This document shows positions 26,701 to 40,050 of a stretch of DNA of 64,000 nt, piece after piece. Origin of the DNA: Octopus bimaculoides (lineage: Eukaryota); NCBI RefSeq assembly GCF_001194135.2, contig NC_068985.1, positions 22,350,745 to 22,414,744 of the forward strand, written 5' to 3'. How positions within the stretch are numbered: the first letter of the stretch is position 1; the number at the start of each line of letters is the position of its first letter. The notes under the pieces were generated by a model. It searched no databases. It was given only the letters and a program-made list of their open reading frames with translations, and was not told the origin of the DNA. Position numbers and translations under genes: made by a program.

Positions 26701-27938
26701 TGTTGGTCTTTTTTATTGAATCGCGAAATATGGGGATGTAAACACANNNNNNNNNNNNNNNNNNNNNNNNNNNNNNNNNNNNNNNNNNNNNNNNNNNNNN
26801 NNNNNNNNNNNNNNNNNNNNNNNNNNNNNNNNNNNNNNNNNNNNNNNNNNNNNNNNNNNNNNNNNNNNNNNNNNNNNNNNNNNNNNNNNNNNNNNNNNNN
26901 NNNNNNNNNNNNNNNNNNNNNNNNNNNNNNNNNNNNNNNNNNNNNNNNNNNNNNNNNNNNNNNNNNNNNNNNNNNNNNNNNNNNNNNNNNNNNNNNNNNN
27001 NNNNNNNNNNNNNNNNNNNCACACACACACACACACACACACACACGATAAGCTTCTAGCAGTCTCCATTCTGCTAAAATCCACTCACAAAGCTTTGTCA
27101 GCCTGAAACTATAGCAGAAGGCACTTGCTCAAAGTGGCATGTAGTGGGATTGAATCCAGAACCATGTGGTTAGGAAGCAGGCTTCTCACCACACACCCAC
27201 CCACCTATGCATATGTTTGTGTGAATGTGTGTGTGCCTTTGTGTTGGTGGAATTGTATATTAGAGATATCAGATGGAGTTGGAGCAGTACTTTGGAGAAA
27301 CATGACCGCATTGTTTGTATTACAGTTGTGCATCTTAATGTTTATTGCAGGGGAGCCTTTAAGTGTTGCTCAACATCATGATGCTGTGACGTGAGTTATC
27401 TTCTTTTGAAATTTTATTTTAAATAACTTCAAAACTTTCAACTTTTTAAGCTAATAAGATGCTGTCTTACTTATTAAAAACTTGATGGTTCTCATCCATC
27501 TCACCAGCCTTGCACTGCATTCACTCTCAATAGTTCAGCTTATATAGACAACAAACATTGTATAATTATCAAGTATTTGGTTAGCTTATACAGTGCTTAA
27601 GTGTCTGTGACAAAAGAAAACTTAGGTGTCTTGTTACGGAGCCTGAAGAAGACAACAGAACATCATTCTAGTATCTCACTTTACCATTACTTACTGAAAC
27701 CTTGCGTAAGATATTGTGTTGAAGTCTTAGTTCTTCCCACTCCATATGGAGCTTTGGGCATTGAAAGACCTCACCCCCACCCCACCGCCTCCTGGCATGG
27801 TTGCAGCACTGTCATGTGTCTGATCCCAAGCGAGGCCCATAACTGCCAAGTTTTCCACCACAATTCTCAACCAGATCTGAATTACTATACTCTGCTCTCT
27901 GGTTTCTACTTGAGAGAGGCAGTCAGTGATCTCATCAT

Positions 27939-28000
<62 letters not shown>

Positions 28001-31000
28001 CACATGGCTGAGCATCTTCCACTGTCCCATGATGATGTTATTCTGTAGGTTACTCAGCCTGGCTCTTTCCATGTTTGTTGAAGACTCATCGTTAAATCAA
28101 AAAATTCTAGACTACCTTTTAAGAAATTTATTTCATCAAAATAATACTCTAATTTCGAAGTCAATAACAAAAAGATTGCTGTTATATTTTATAATTTGTC
28201 TCTTTTATGTTTTACTTGTTAGGGGTACAGAGAAACAAGCAGTTGCTAATGATTATACAGCTAGATTGTCTGCTGGTGTTGAATCCTACCAGGTGAGTTA
28301 GCATCTTTTTAATTAGATGCGATAGTTTGTCACTTTTTCTGTTTTAAGCTGGCTCTTTTAAAGATTTAAATAATTATCTATGATTTTAATCATTAAATCC
28401 CACATGCAATGCTTCTTTTTATGTATTTAGCCGATGGCACACAACTATGAATGAACATATGAGATTTAGCTGTATCAGAAATCGCTGACATCTAAATAAA
28501 CTAGTATTCAAAATGTTTTCCTATATCATTTTAAGAAAATTGTAATTTGGATAGTTCAGTTTTTTTTTTTAATATTATATTTGGCATTTCTATGTTGGTT
28601 ACTGGAATTGTCTAGTTTCAATTGTCTAGATCATTCTAGGTGTCCTTAGAAGAACATTTACAACTGGATTTTATTTGCCTGCAATTTAATACTAGTTAAT
28701 TTTTTTTGTAATTTATTTGTTTTCCTATCCTAGTGATATTAACTTCTAACCCATCTTAGTAATTTATCAACCAAAACAATGGAAAAAGTAAAGTTTACTC
28801 AAACAGAATTTGAGCTCTGAACAGCGGGAAATAAGACTAAAACTAATCTGATGACTTACTACCTTTAAATTTCTAATGACTTTAAGCTGAAATTTCTTTG
28901 TATTCTTCTGTGGTATCTATGAATCAAGCTGGAAGCTGGCAGTGGTATGATTATAACTAAACTAGAATGTGAAGGTGCATGGCTCAGTGGTTAGAGCATC
29001 GAGCTTACGATCGTGAGTTCAAATCCTTGACCAGGCTGTGTGTTGTGTTCTTGAGCAAGACACTTTATTTCACGTTGCTCCAGTTCACTCAGCTGTAGAA
29101 ATGAGTTGCGATGTCACAGGTGCCAAGCTGTATCGGCCTTTGCCTTTCCCTTGGATGACACTGGTGGCATGGAGAGGGGAGGCCGGTGTGCATGGGCAAC
29201 TGCTGGTCTTCCATAAACAACCTTGCCTGGACTTGTGCCTGGGAGGGTAACTTTCTAGGTGCAATCCCATGGTCAGTCATGACCGAAGGGGGTCTCAGCA
29301 GCAGCAGCTCAGCAAACTAGAATGTTTGTGCTATCTAGTTTGGATGCCTTCCATCTCTTAGTTAAAATCCTATTAGAATTGATTTTTACTCTCTTCTGTA
29401 AGATGACTAATGTTTTTGAAAACTTATTGGAATTCATATAAAGGCGAAGTGGGTTGTACATGAATAGAAGTAAGATTATATTTTGATAAACAGTGTGGTC
29501 TCTATGTATGAACATAATCCTTTCATGAGCCCTATTTGTTACATGAGTAATTGAAATATATATAAATAAGGGTAATCTTTTCCAAGTCACACCAACATAA
29601 AGGCATAAAATGATGCTGTATTTGTCCATTCATCAATAACAAATACATTAATATTTACAAATGTGTGTGTGCATGCATGTTTTCACCTTTGCTTTCCTTC
29701 TGTCACTGCATGGTTATGTTTATAGCAAAAAATATGAGAAATATTATTTCCAATGTAAAATATAAAAATTTGCAAGCTACCTGAGATACATACAAGGACT
29801 TCAACAAACCGTTTGTACACAGTTTCCTGGCCACTTATATGCATGCATAGTCTACTCATGGTTTGTTCAAATATGAGTTCATTGGTTGAATATATTTTTC
29901 TACAGAAAAACAATTCACTGTACAATTTGTTTATTTGGTGCTCTATTTGTATATGCTCTCTTGGCATGTATATGTACACATAGTCTACTCATGGTTCGTT
30001 GTTCAAATTCCAGTTTTCTAATTGAATGGGCTCTCAGTAACTTATAATGCATGTGTAGTCTGCACATTATTTGTTGATTGAATATCAGCTCATTATGCAA
30101 GTTTAATTTTTTTCAGAAAGACTGTTCTGAAAAACAAATTCTGTTGTTTGTTTAGAGAAGTGTTTATAGATGAGTACCTCACTGTATATTGAATATTATT
30201 TGCAGGATTTGTATTTTGTTGTGATAAGAGATAGAAATATTAAATCATTTTTTTTTTCCAGAAATTAACAAATGCAGCATATGCAAAATTGCTACCAAAA
30301 ACTAAAGAAGCTCCACCTACTCATTATTTCTGTTCTTTACTAAATATTTCAATGTGTGTAGTAACTGAAGATTTAAGTGAGGTATGTCATTTTATTCAAA
30401 ATTGATTTGATTTTAGAACTCATAATTTTCACTTAATTTTTTTTATTATTTTACTTAGAAACTTGACAAAAGGCAAAAAAGATTTTTTTTTCTTGGAAAG
30501 TACTATTTCTATACTTCCACAGAATGTTGTGAAATAGCGAATTGTGATAGCTACAGAAAACTAGTATTTAATTTAAATTTTAGCCAGATAATGTTTATTT
30601 GGGGATGTTATTGGAAAGGCTCTCAAGGAAGACTGTGATGTTTGGTAAAATCTTAAAACTGAGATAAACATTGTTGTTGGTGGGTAAAATAACAAACCTC
30701 TTTAACCCTTAGCATTCAAACTATTCTGTTGAATGTAATGCTTATTTGTTCACATTGTTTTGAATTAATCAAAATTATCTCATAGCTTTGAGATTTTGAT
30801 GATGTGGTTGCTTATTTTTAGAATGACATTTTAGGGTAGTTGTCAGATGTGGCTGGTTTGAACATAACACAGGTAGAATATTTGGGCTGGATATGGCCGG
30901 TTTAAATGCTAAAGGGTTAAGAGAGGTTATTGCAAAGAAGAGAAAGTGGTTGATGGAGTATTAGAATATTTAGAAGATTACTACTTTTTATTGATACTAC

Positions 31001-33106
31001 CCAGGTTTACTTGAGCTGACATGGATCATAGAAATCACCAATTGAACTTATGAGTAACTCATATGTCCAATACCATATGTGTCTTGATTTATTTTGATTA
31101 GGGACCAATAAAAAAGAGAAGAAGGAATATTTAATATAGATTAAATACTTTGTTCAATAGCTTTCTCCTCAGAAGAACTGTAATGCTTTGAATCTACTTC
31201 AACCAAGTACATCATACAATCTCAGCATGTAAAAATTTAAGAGGAACATCAACTTTGTAAAACACTTGTCTGAGAAGACGTGCAAAACTCATGAATGCCC
31301 AACTACCTCCTACTCCAACTAAATAATTGTCTTCTAGAGGCACAAGGCCTGAAATTTGGTGGGAGTGGGTTAGTTAATTATGCTGACTCTAGTGCTCAGC
31401 TGGTACTTATTTTATCAACTCTGTAGGGAGAAAGGGCCAAGTGGACCTTGGTGGCTTTTGAACTCAGAACATAAGGATGGACAAAATACCACTAAAAAAA
31501 TAATTCCAGTGAATTACAGATGATTCCAGTGGATTTCTCAGCTGTAGAAACATTGCCAGATTAGATTGGAGCCTGGTGCAGCCTTCTGGCTTGTCAGCCC
31601 TCAGTCAAACCGTCCAACCCATGCTAGCATGGAATGCAGACATTAAACGACGATGATGATGATTATGAAGATATTGTTTGCAAATGATTCCATGGAAATG
31701 AAATTTCACCTTCTGACACTTCAGCAAAAATTGTCATATTAATATCAAAGAAATTAAAAAATATATCTTAATACCATGTGTTCCATTAACTAATCTTTCT
31801 TATTTCTACAATATTTATCATTATATATGCATTAATTTAGAGATTTTTCTTCTATAAAACTGATATTTAACTTAACCATAAGCGAAGTGTGACACATTTA
31901 TGGTAAAGCAGTTGAAGTTTCTTGAAAGTAAATTCTGTCAAATTTCATAGAATATTTATTAAACTCTGTAATTATTTTATTCTTCAAATACACCAAAATA
32001 AAATATTCTGAATTAGTTACAGCAGGATTTGATTTTAAGTTTGATTTACTTTTTATAATTCCAGTTTACTGTGACTCTATATAACCCATTGGCACAACTT
32101 GTATCCAATTGGGTACGGTTACCTGTTATTGGTTCTAGTTATACTGTGCTGGGACCAGACTTGAACCCGGTTCAAACTCAAGTAAGTTTATACAAATTAA
32201 TTCTTGTTTATTGATATGTTGTTTCCACAAAGACTCTATTTGTATCATTTCAATTTTTCTCTTTTATTATTTTCTGTTCTGTGCTGCACAGCAAATTGCT
32301 CCATCCTTTGATGGTTTCAGTAACATATTAGTTTTCCTTTGAGAAGAGGCTGCCAGTTACTCACTTAGTCCATCTCCATTTCTGGAGAAAGGGATGCTGT
32401 GAGTGGTGACCACAGCTTCAACCTTTGTTGCAGTGCAGGGTAGCCAGCTAAGACAGAGAGAGACATGGAGGGGAAGGGGAAAGAATCATCGTTATACTAG
32501 ACCAATACATCATTTATTGACCTTGGAATGATGAAAGGCAAAAGTAACTTTAGCAAGATTTGAACCATGGACATAGAGAACTAGAACAAAATACCACAAC
32601 CCAGTCTATCAGCTAGTCTTCTTTTTTCTTTTTCGCCCTTTTAAAGCCTAGCCAGGCTCATGGGCCCGGTTTCCCAGTGTCTATGGTGTATGTGTTCCCC
32701 CCACCCAGCTGGACTGGATGCCAGTCCATTGTAGCTTTACTCAAGGATAAAAATATTTTCATGGAATATTGAAGACAAATGATACTGATTACTTATGACC
32801 ATTGTACGATGCCAAAACACAAGGAAACCTACACACCTGTCTACCACAGCAGAACTCAAAAATCCTCAGGAAGGACATCCAGCCATAAAAAAGCATGTCA
32901 GAACAGACAATGAAGCCTGGTGCTGCCCCTGATCTTACTGGCTTCAGTCAAACCATCCAATGCATGCCAGCATGGAAAACAGATGTTAAATGATGATGAT
33001 GATATCAACATCATCATTTAATGTTTGTCTACCATGCTGGTATGAGTGCATGGCTTGTCAGGAGCTGGCCAGGTAGAAGACTACACCAGGCTACCATGTC
33101 TGTTTT

Positions 33107-33144
<38 letters not shown>

Positions 33145-36100
33145 TTTGTGACTGTGGCATCCTTGTGATATCTCTTCTGAAGTTTTTTAAAGGAGGAAGC
33201 ATTTGTATAAAGTACTCTTTAAACCTTTTGATATCAACCCACCTGAAACTGCCTTTAGTTCTATGATATAAGCTCCCTGTGTTAAAGTGATCTGAATTAA
33301 AATCATCCATCAAAATTTCCAAACACCAGTTTAGTAATCTCAAAGTTTTTTTAACTAAATTCTTCATTATTTTCAAAATTAATTGCAGCAAAGGCAGTGT
33401 ATTTCAACAGAAATAGGATAACAAAAGAATTAATGCAGGTGTGCAGTTTGTGAATGACATTACTGATGTAAGACCTGCCATATTTATTATAAACGACATA
33501 GTATACTACATAAGCCTGTAAATATATTTCCATATTGTTGCTATGTGTGAGCTACCTTCCAAATAGGTGTCTTTCCAAGGAAGGTCTAGAGCAGTGTTTC
33601 ACAACCATTTTTATCCTATGGACTCCCTTGATTACTGTTTCACCCAAATGGCCCCTCATAGCCATTTGATGTTTAAAAAATCCTGTTATATTTTTATAAT
33701 TAAATATTATTGTGAATTGTATAAAAAATTGTTGAAAGATTTTGTGTATTGTAGAAGTATTATGAATTTATTGCACATAAATTTTAATGACAAAATCTTA
33801 TATGGACCCCCAAGGGTCATATGGACTCCAGTTGAGAACTACTGGCCTGGAGTGGACCAGCTGTGTATTCACTCCCTGTCTGTTGATCACTTAATGGGTT
33901 GCAGCAGCTGTTCTGTCATTAAACCATGGCAGTTTTAAAAAGCAAGTGGTTGTTGTCAGAGGTGTGAACTGTCTATGGAGTTATATTATCTAGCTGGTGT
34001 CTGGGCAAAGAATACTGGGTAGCCATTATCCATGAGCACCCTTAGGAACTACTTAGTGCTGGTGACTCTGTCACCTACTCTACTGCATTCTTACTCAGAC
34101 GATCTTGGCTTTTTTAGGTAGGGCTGATCTCTAGTGTACAAATAAATCATTGCAGTCAGTTTTTCTTTTGACACTGGATGTGTTTTATTTCTATTTATGC
34201 CAAAGAAAAGAAGCACAGAAACAATTATTGGTTTCCTCTCATCATCATCATGGCATCAATGTTGGTTTTATTCAATAAATTTTCCTTAGAGTATTTTGTC
34301 ATGTATCTCAACTTTGTGTCATCTCATATGTGAAGCCCAGTGTTCTGATAGCTAAGATAATCAATTTGTTTTATCGTCCAGGATTTAGCTCTATCATGGG
34401 TATCTTCCAATAACTCGTGGGACCATTTTCCTTTTCCCCTTACATACTCAGCGCCTTACTGGCACTTGTGCCGGTGGCACGTGAAAAGACATTCGAGCGA
34501 GATCGTTGCCAGTGCCGCTGGACTGGCTCCTCTGCAGGTGGCACGTAAAAGCACCCACTACACTCTCGGAGTGGTTGGCGTTAGGAAGGGCATCCAGCTT
34601 TAGAAACTCTGCCAAATCAGATTGGAGCCTGGTGTAGCCATCCGGTTCACCAGTCCTCAGTCAAATCGTCCAACCCATGCTAGCATGGAAAGCAGACGTT
34701 AAACGATGATGATGATGATGATGATGATGAACAGTAAAAAATGGTTTGGAAACCCTGTTATAAAAGCTGGCTTTCTGTAGTTATTTTAATTATGAAGTAG
34801 ATAAGCGTAAACAATAGTTGAAATATTAAATTATTTACAAGTTTGTCAATAGCAGAAATAATCTTCATATCTAAACTAGTAAATAAAGACAAATGCCAAA
34901 ATGCCATTGGTGACTTAGCTGTCAGCATGAAGTTTAAACAGTTTACTGAAAAGAGCAGAAGAGTAAAGGCTGACTGTTTTATTTGCTATCAAAACATGTC
35001 AGAATCATTATTCATTGCTATTGTTACATTCAATATCTGAACCAACAAAATTTATATGAATGTACAATGAAGATTGTTACAAAGGTGGTAGTCATAGCTT
35101 ATTGAAGTCTCTCTCTCTCTCTCTCTATCATACACACACACACATATATATATCATCATCATCATTTAACGTCCGTTGTCTATGCTGGCATGGGTTGGAT
35201 GGTTTGACTGGGCTGGCAACGCACGCACACACACACATACACACACACACATATACATACATACATACATACATACACAGTCTCTCTATCTCTTACTCAC
35301 ACACACATGTGCATTTGCACTATGGTTGGAAATGCTAAGGCGCATGCTCCCCATAAATGCATGTTTGTGCTTTTGTTTATTTTATGGATGTGCTTAGATG
35401 TACACGTGTTTATGTCTTTTTGCTAATAGATCTCTATCTAATGGAGATTATATTTTGCTGTCATTTAATAGTGACAACATGGTCTAAGTTATATTAAATT
35501 GAGATGCATTAACAGGAAAAAATATAAACGTTGACAAGGACTGGCACCTATTTTAATATATTTATCTAATAATTCATAGCCGAGTGAGGGAATAAATAGC
35601 AAATCAGCTGATGGAAATATCTGGCTATGTAAATTAAACAATCTTACAAACTTTCTTTCTTTCAGATACAGAAAACATAAATCTATGCACAAACCACAAG
35701 GACCCCTCTCCTTTCTTTCAGGTTCAAAACTTTAAGGCTGTCACCATTAATGTCAGTACAATGAAAAGTAGGTCAGGAGAATTTGGAGAAGTGTTGTATT
35801 CAAAAGACAAGATTGAAGGCTATCTCAGCCAGACTCCTCATGCATAAGGGTGTGTATTAGTGATGGAATAGGTGGAGTTGACATATTGTTAGCAGAGAAA
35901 TGGATAAAGTAATTGAGGTAAATGGAGTATATGATAGAGTAATTAAGTTTAAGCTAGTTATAGACAAGATAGCAATAAGAGCTATTGCAGTATATACATC
36001 ATAAACAGAGCTGGTAGATGAACAGAAGGCTCACTTTTATGAAGCCTTCCCAGAGGCTGCCTTGATAACATATATTGATAACCTTATCATTTCAGCTAGT

Positions 36101-37845
36101 TATTTTAAGGTACATGTTGGGCAACTTCATATCTTCTCTGGTGTATATGAAAGCTATGGGTATTGTATGAGGAATGAGAAGGGATCAAGACTCCTGGAAT
36201 TCTGTGATACACATGACCTAATCATTTACAACATGAGCTTCAACCTGATTATCTACTGATCAGATGAACACACACACCAGATAGACTTTATCCTCACCAA
36301 AAAAAACAGACAAGTGGTTGTAGTTTTGAAGTCTTTTTTTTTTTGGTAAAGAATGTATCACTTAACATTGATTAGTGATTTGTGTTTTCAGAGTGAAAGT
36401 AAGATGGCCTCAAAGACAAATGAGTTTGGAGAAAGAAAACATAGAAGTTGATATAGTGCTCAGCCACTTGTAGATTCAGAGAAGTTTTAGCTGACACTTA
36501 TGATGAGTGGGAAGTGGAGAGACTGACTTATAGCATAATGGAAAACCGACATTTTCTGTGAGACAATTTCCTGTCAGCTACAAACAAGATCTGTGGTGAG
36601 TGCAAGGTCATAGTCAGATGGAAGGTCACTTAGGTGGAAGGTAGAATAACACTGTAGATACAGCTATAAAAGCTAAGAGACAGGATTGGTAAAAATGGAA
36701 GAAAGGGAGCTGCAGAGAGCAATACTAAGTAGCCACAAGAGAAAGTAAAGCACTTGTATATATAGCTTGGGAAGAAACAGAAGGTAAAAGGTTTGCACAA
36801 AGTTTGCAAAGAGAAGATCAGAGGTATGATGAGTTTCCAGGTTGCAAGATGGTGTACATCTGAAAATTGAGATATCATTGGGGAGAAGCGTATTTGGAAT
36901 GATATTGGTTCATTGGCTCTTGCCAATGCTGAAAAGTAAAAGGCAAAGAAGTGCTGTAGTAAGACATTGTTGAATGAGCAAAATGCAATGGAGAGAGATA
37001 GCTATTCTAAGTAAATCTAACAAAGGGACCAGCCATTGAAGTTGACTAGAGCATGGTAGATAGAATGATTAAGGATATGAAGGCAGGGGATGCGGCTGAA
37101 TCATTATGATGAGATGCTAAAAATATCTGGCAACATAAGCTACTTGCATAGTCAGTTAGTACAGGAAAGTGTCACAGCCAACAACAGGCTTAGAAGTATC
37201 ATTGTTAACTGGTACAAGAGCAAAGAAGAGACAGGAAACTACAGAGGTATGAAATTGATGGACCTGGTTATGTAAGTTACTAAAAGAGTTATAGTGCAAC
37301 TGGGTAAGAGCAGAATTAGCCTAAAACTATAAATATTAATGCTTTTTATATTGTTTTAAAATATGTTTATCAGAAAATAAATATATTTCTAGGTTATAGC
37401 CATCAGTTCTTCAACTAAAAGAATTCCAGAACGGAGACGATCTAAAGCACAGAACACATTGATTTTCGAAGTAAAGATCCAGCCTTTAGGCTTTGCAACT
37501 TATTTTGTGCAAATGACTACAAGTAAGTTGGATACAAACTCTACTTTTTTGTGGTGAAAATATTTATCTCTTTTATTGTTGGTAAGAAAGTGCCTGAACC
37601 AGTTCCTCATTCCTAAATGGAGTTGGATAAGATTATAAGAGTGCTTCACTAAATTCATTTCAGCATTTAGTTTTGGATTTCTATAGGTGTGGGTATGACT
37701 ATGAGGTGAAGAAGACTGGTTTCTAATCACATGGTCTCAGGTTCACTTCACTTTTGGCACATTGGCAAGCACATTCTCCATAGCATCAGACTGACCAATG
37801 CTTTGAAAGTGAATTTGTTAGATAGAAACTGAACACATTCTGTCA

Positions 37846-37915
<70 letters not shown>

Positions 37916-39122
37916 NNNNNNNNNNNNNNNNNNNNNNNNNNNNNNNNNNNNNNNNNNNNNNNNNNNNNNNNNNNNNNNNNNNNNNNNNNNNNNNNNNNNN
38001 NNNNNNNNNNNNNNNNNNNNNNNNNNNNNNNNNNNNNNNNNNNNNNNNNNNNNNNNNNNNNNNNNNNNNNNNNNNNNNNNNNNNNNNNNNNNNNNNNTAA
38101 AATACACCATCTTGAGCGTGGCCGTTGCCAGTACCGCCTGACTGGCCTTCATGCAGGTGACACGTAAAATCACCCACTACTCTCTCTGAGTGGTTGGCGT
38201 TAGGAAGGGCATCCAGCTGTAGAAACTCTGCCAAATCAGATTGGAGCCTGGTGTAGCCATCCAGTTTCACCAGTCCTCAGTCAAATCGTCCAACCCATGC
38301 CAGCATGGAAAGCGGACATTAAACGACGACGATGATGATGATGATGATATATAGATGCACGCATGTGGGTGGGCAGAGGGTATTTGAGCATAAATTTGGC
38401 AGTTTGCATAAAAGAGAAAGTGAACCCAATATCCCATCCCAAAACAAAAATATTTTAAAAACTTCAGAAGATATTACCTAGATTAGGGCTGGGAGATAAC
38501 AGTTTACTCAAAGTAGCTTCGCTCATCTTCTGCCATGGTATCAAAGTGTTCCAGAACCTGGTGCATGCATTCCTCACTGTGTCCCTGGGAAAATCTTTGA
38601 ACATCTCCTTCATCTTAGCCACCAGCTTGGTCTTGGTGTTGCAGGCAGAGTAGTTGGTGTCTTTCTCAATTGTGCCCCACACATAGTAATCTATAGGATT
38701 ACACCTGGTGGGATTAGGAGTCCAGAAATTGGGTGAAGTCATAGAAATTCTCCCAACAGCTACTCCCAAATTCTAGTGTGTGGACACTGCCAGAACACCT
38801 GCTGTGTTCCTTCTTGTTGGCCATGGTATTTTAGTCTCTGTTGCGGCTGTCTGTGTCATGTCTCACAGCTTTTACAATGTTCACAGAGCATTGAGCAGCA
38901 ACCATGATGACTGCATTTTGATAGCTGGTGTGAATCATCAAATATTCTTTTCAAATATTCAGATGGCTTCCAACCCTCCATATCAGCTAACTTCTTTCTC
39001 GACTACAACTTTAATCTTTATGGTCTCCGATACTGTTGACTGTTCACCAATACATTAAGCTCTTCTTGAAAAAAGGAGACATAAAAATTATCAAAATTTA
39101 GCTTGAACACTGTGTATATAAG

Positions 39123-39154
<32 letters not shown>

Positions 39155-39999
39155 TAATTGAAGTGTACAGTATTATATATTCATTATGGTTGATCTTACC
39201 AATCAGTTTTGTGTTGGGGATTCAACAAAGTGTTAGGTAACAGTCCAATTATGAAACCCTGCACTTTTCAGAGATAGCTGTTACATGTTAAATGTTAATN
39301 NNNNNNNNNNNNNNNNNNNNNNNNNNNNNNNNNNNNNNNNNNNNNNNNNNNNNNNNNNNNNNNNNNNNNNNNNNNNNNNNNNNNNNNNNNNNNNNNNNNN
39401 NNNNNNNNNNNNNNNNNNNNNNNNNNNNNNNNNNNNNNNNNNNNNNNNNNNNNNNNNNNNNNNNNNNNNNNNNNNNNNNNNNNNNNNNNNNNNNNNNNNN
39501 NNNNNNNNNNNNNNNNNNNNNNNNNNNNNNNNNNNNNNNNNNNNNNNNNNNNNNNNNNNNNNNNNNNNNNNNNNNNNNNNNNNNNNNNNNNNNNNNNNNN
39601 NNNNNNNNNNNNNNNNNNNNNNNNNNNNNNNNNNNNNNNNNNNNNNNNNNNNNNNNNNNNNNNNNNNNNNNNNNNNNNNNNNNNNNNNNNNNNNNNNNNN
39701 NNNNNNNNNNNNNNNNNNNNNNNNNNNNNNNNNNNNNNNNNNNNNNNNNNNNNNNNNNNNNNNNNNNNNNNNNNNNNNNNNNNNNNNNNNNNNNNNNNNN
39801 NNNNNNNNNNNNNNNNNNNNNNNNNNNNNNNNNNNNNNNNNNNNNNNNNNNNNNNNNNNNNNNNNNNNNNNNNNNNNNNNNNNNNNNNNGGATCTTTAGG
39901 TGTTTTCACTCAATAAACACTCACAACCCTGGTCTGGGAATTGAAACCGCAATCCTACGACCACAGGACCACTGCTCTAACCACTGGGCCGTTGCGCCT

Positions 40000-40050
<51 letters not shown>

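Noticed and set aside
28287-28289. A-to-I recoding of TAC (Tyr) to TGC restoring the conserved Cys
   Set aside because: The partner position is ACT (Thr), which editing cannot convert to Cys, so the disulfide could not be restored.
28971-29060. tRNA genes (also at ~15440-15515, ~57340-57405, ~60690-60767)
   Set aside because: A and B boxes are present, but they continue into SINE bodies (with TSDs in two cases) and lack an acceptor stem.
29309-30110. Minus-strand ORFs and weak internal repeats (ACATAGTCTACTCATGGTT twice)
   Set aside because: No protein motif; looks like a degenerate repeat and is too weak to classify.
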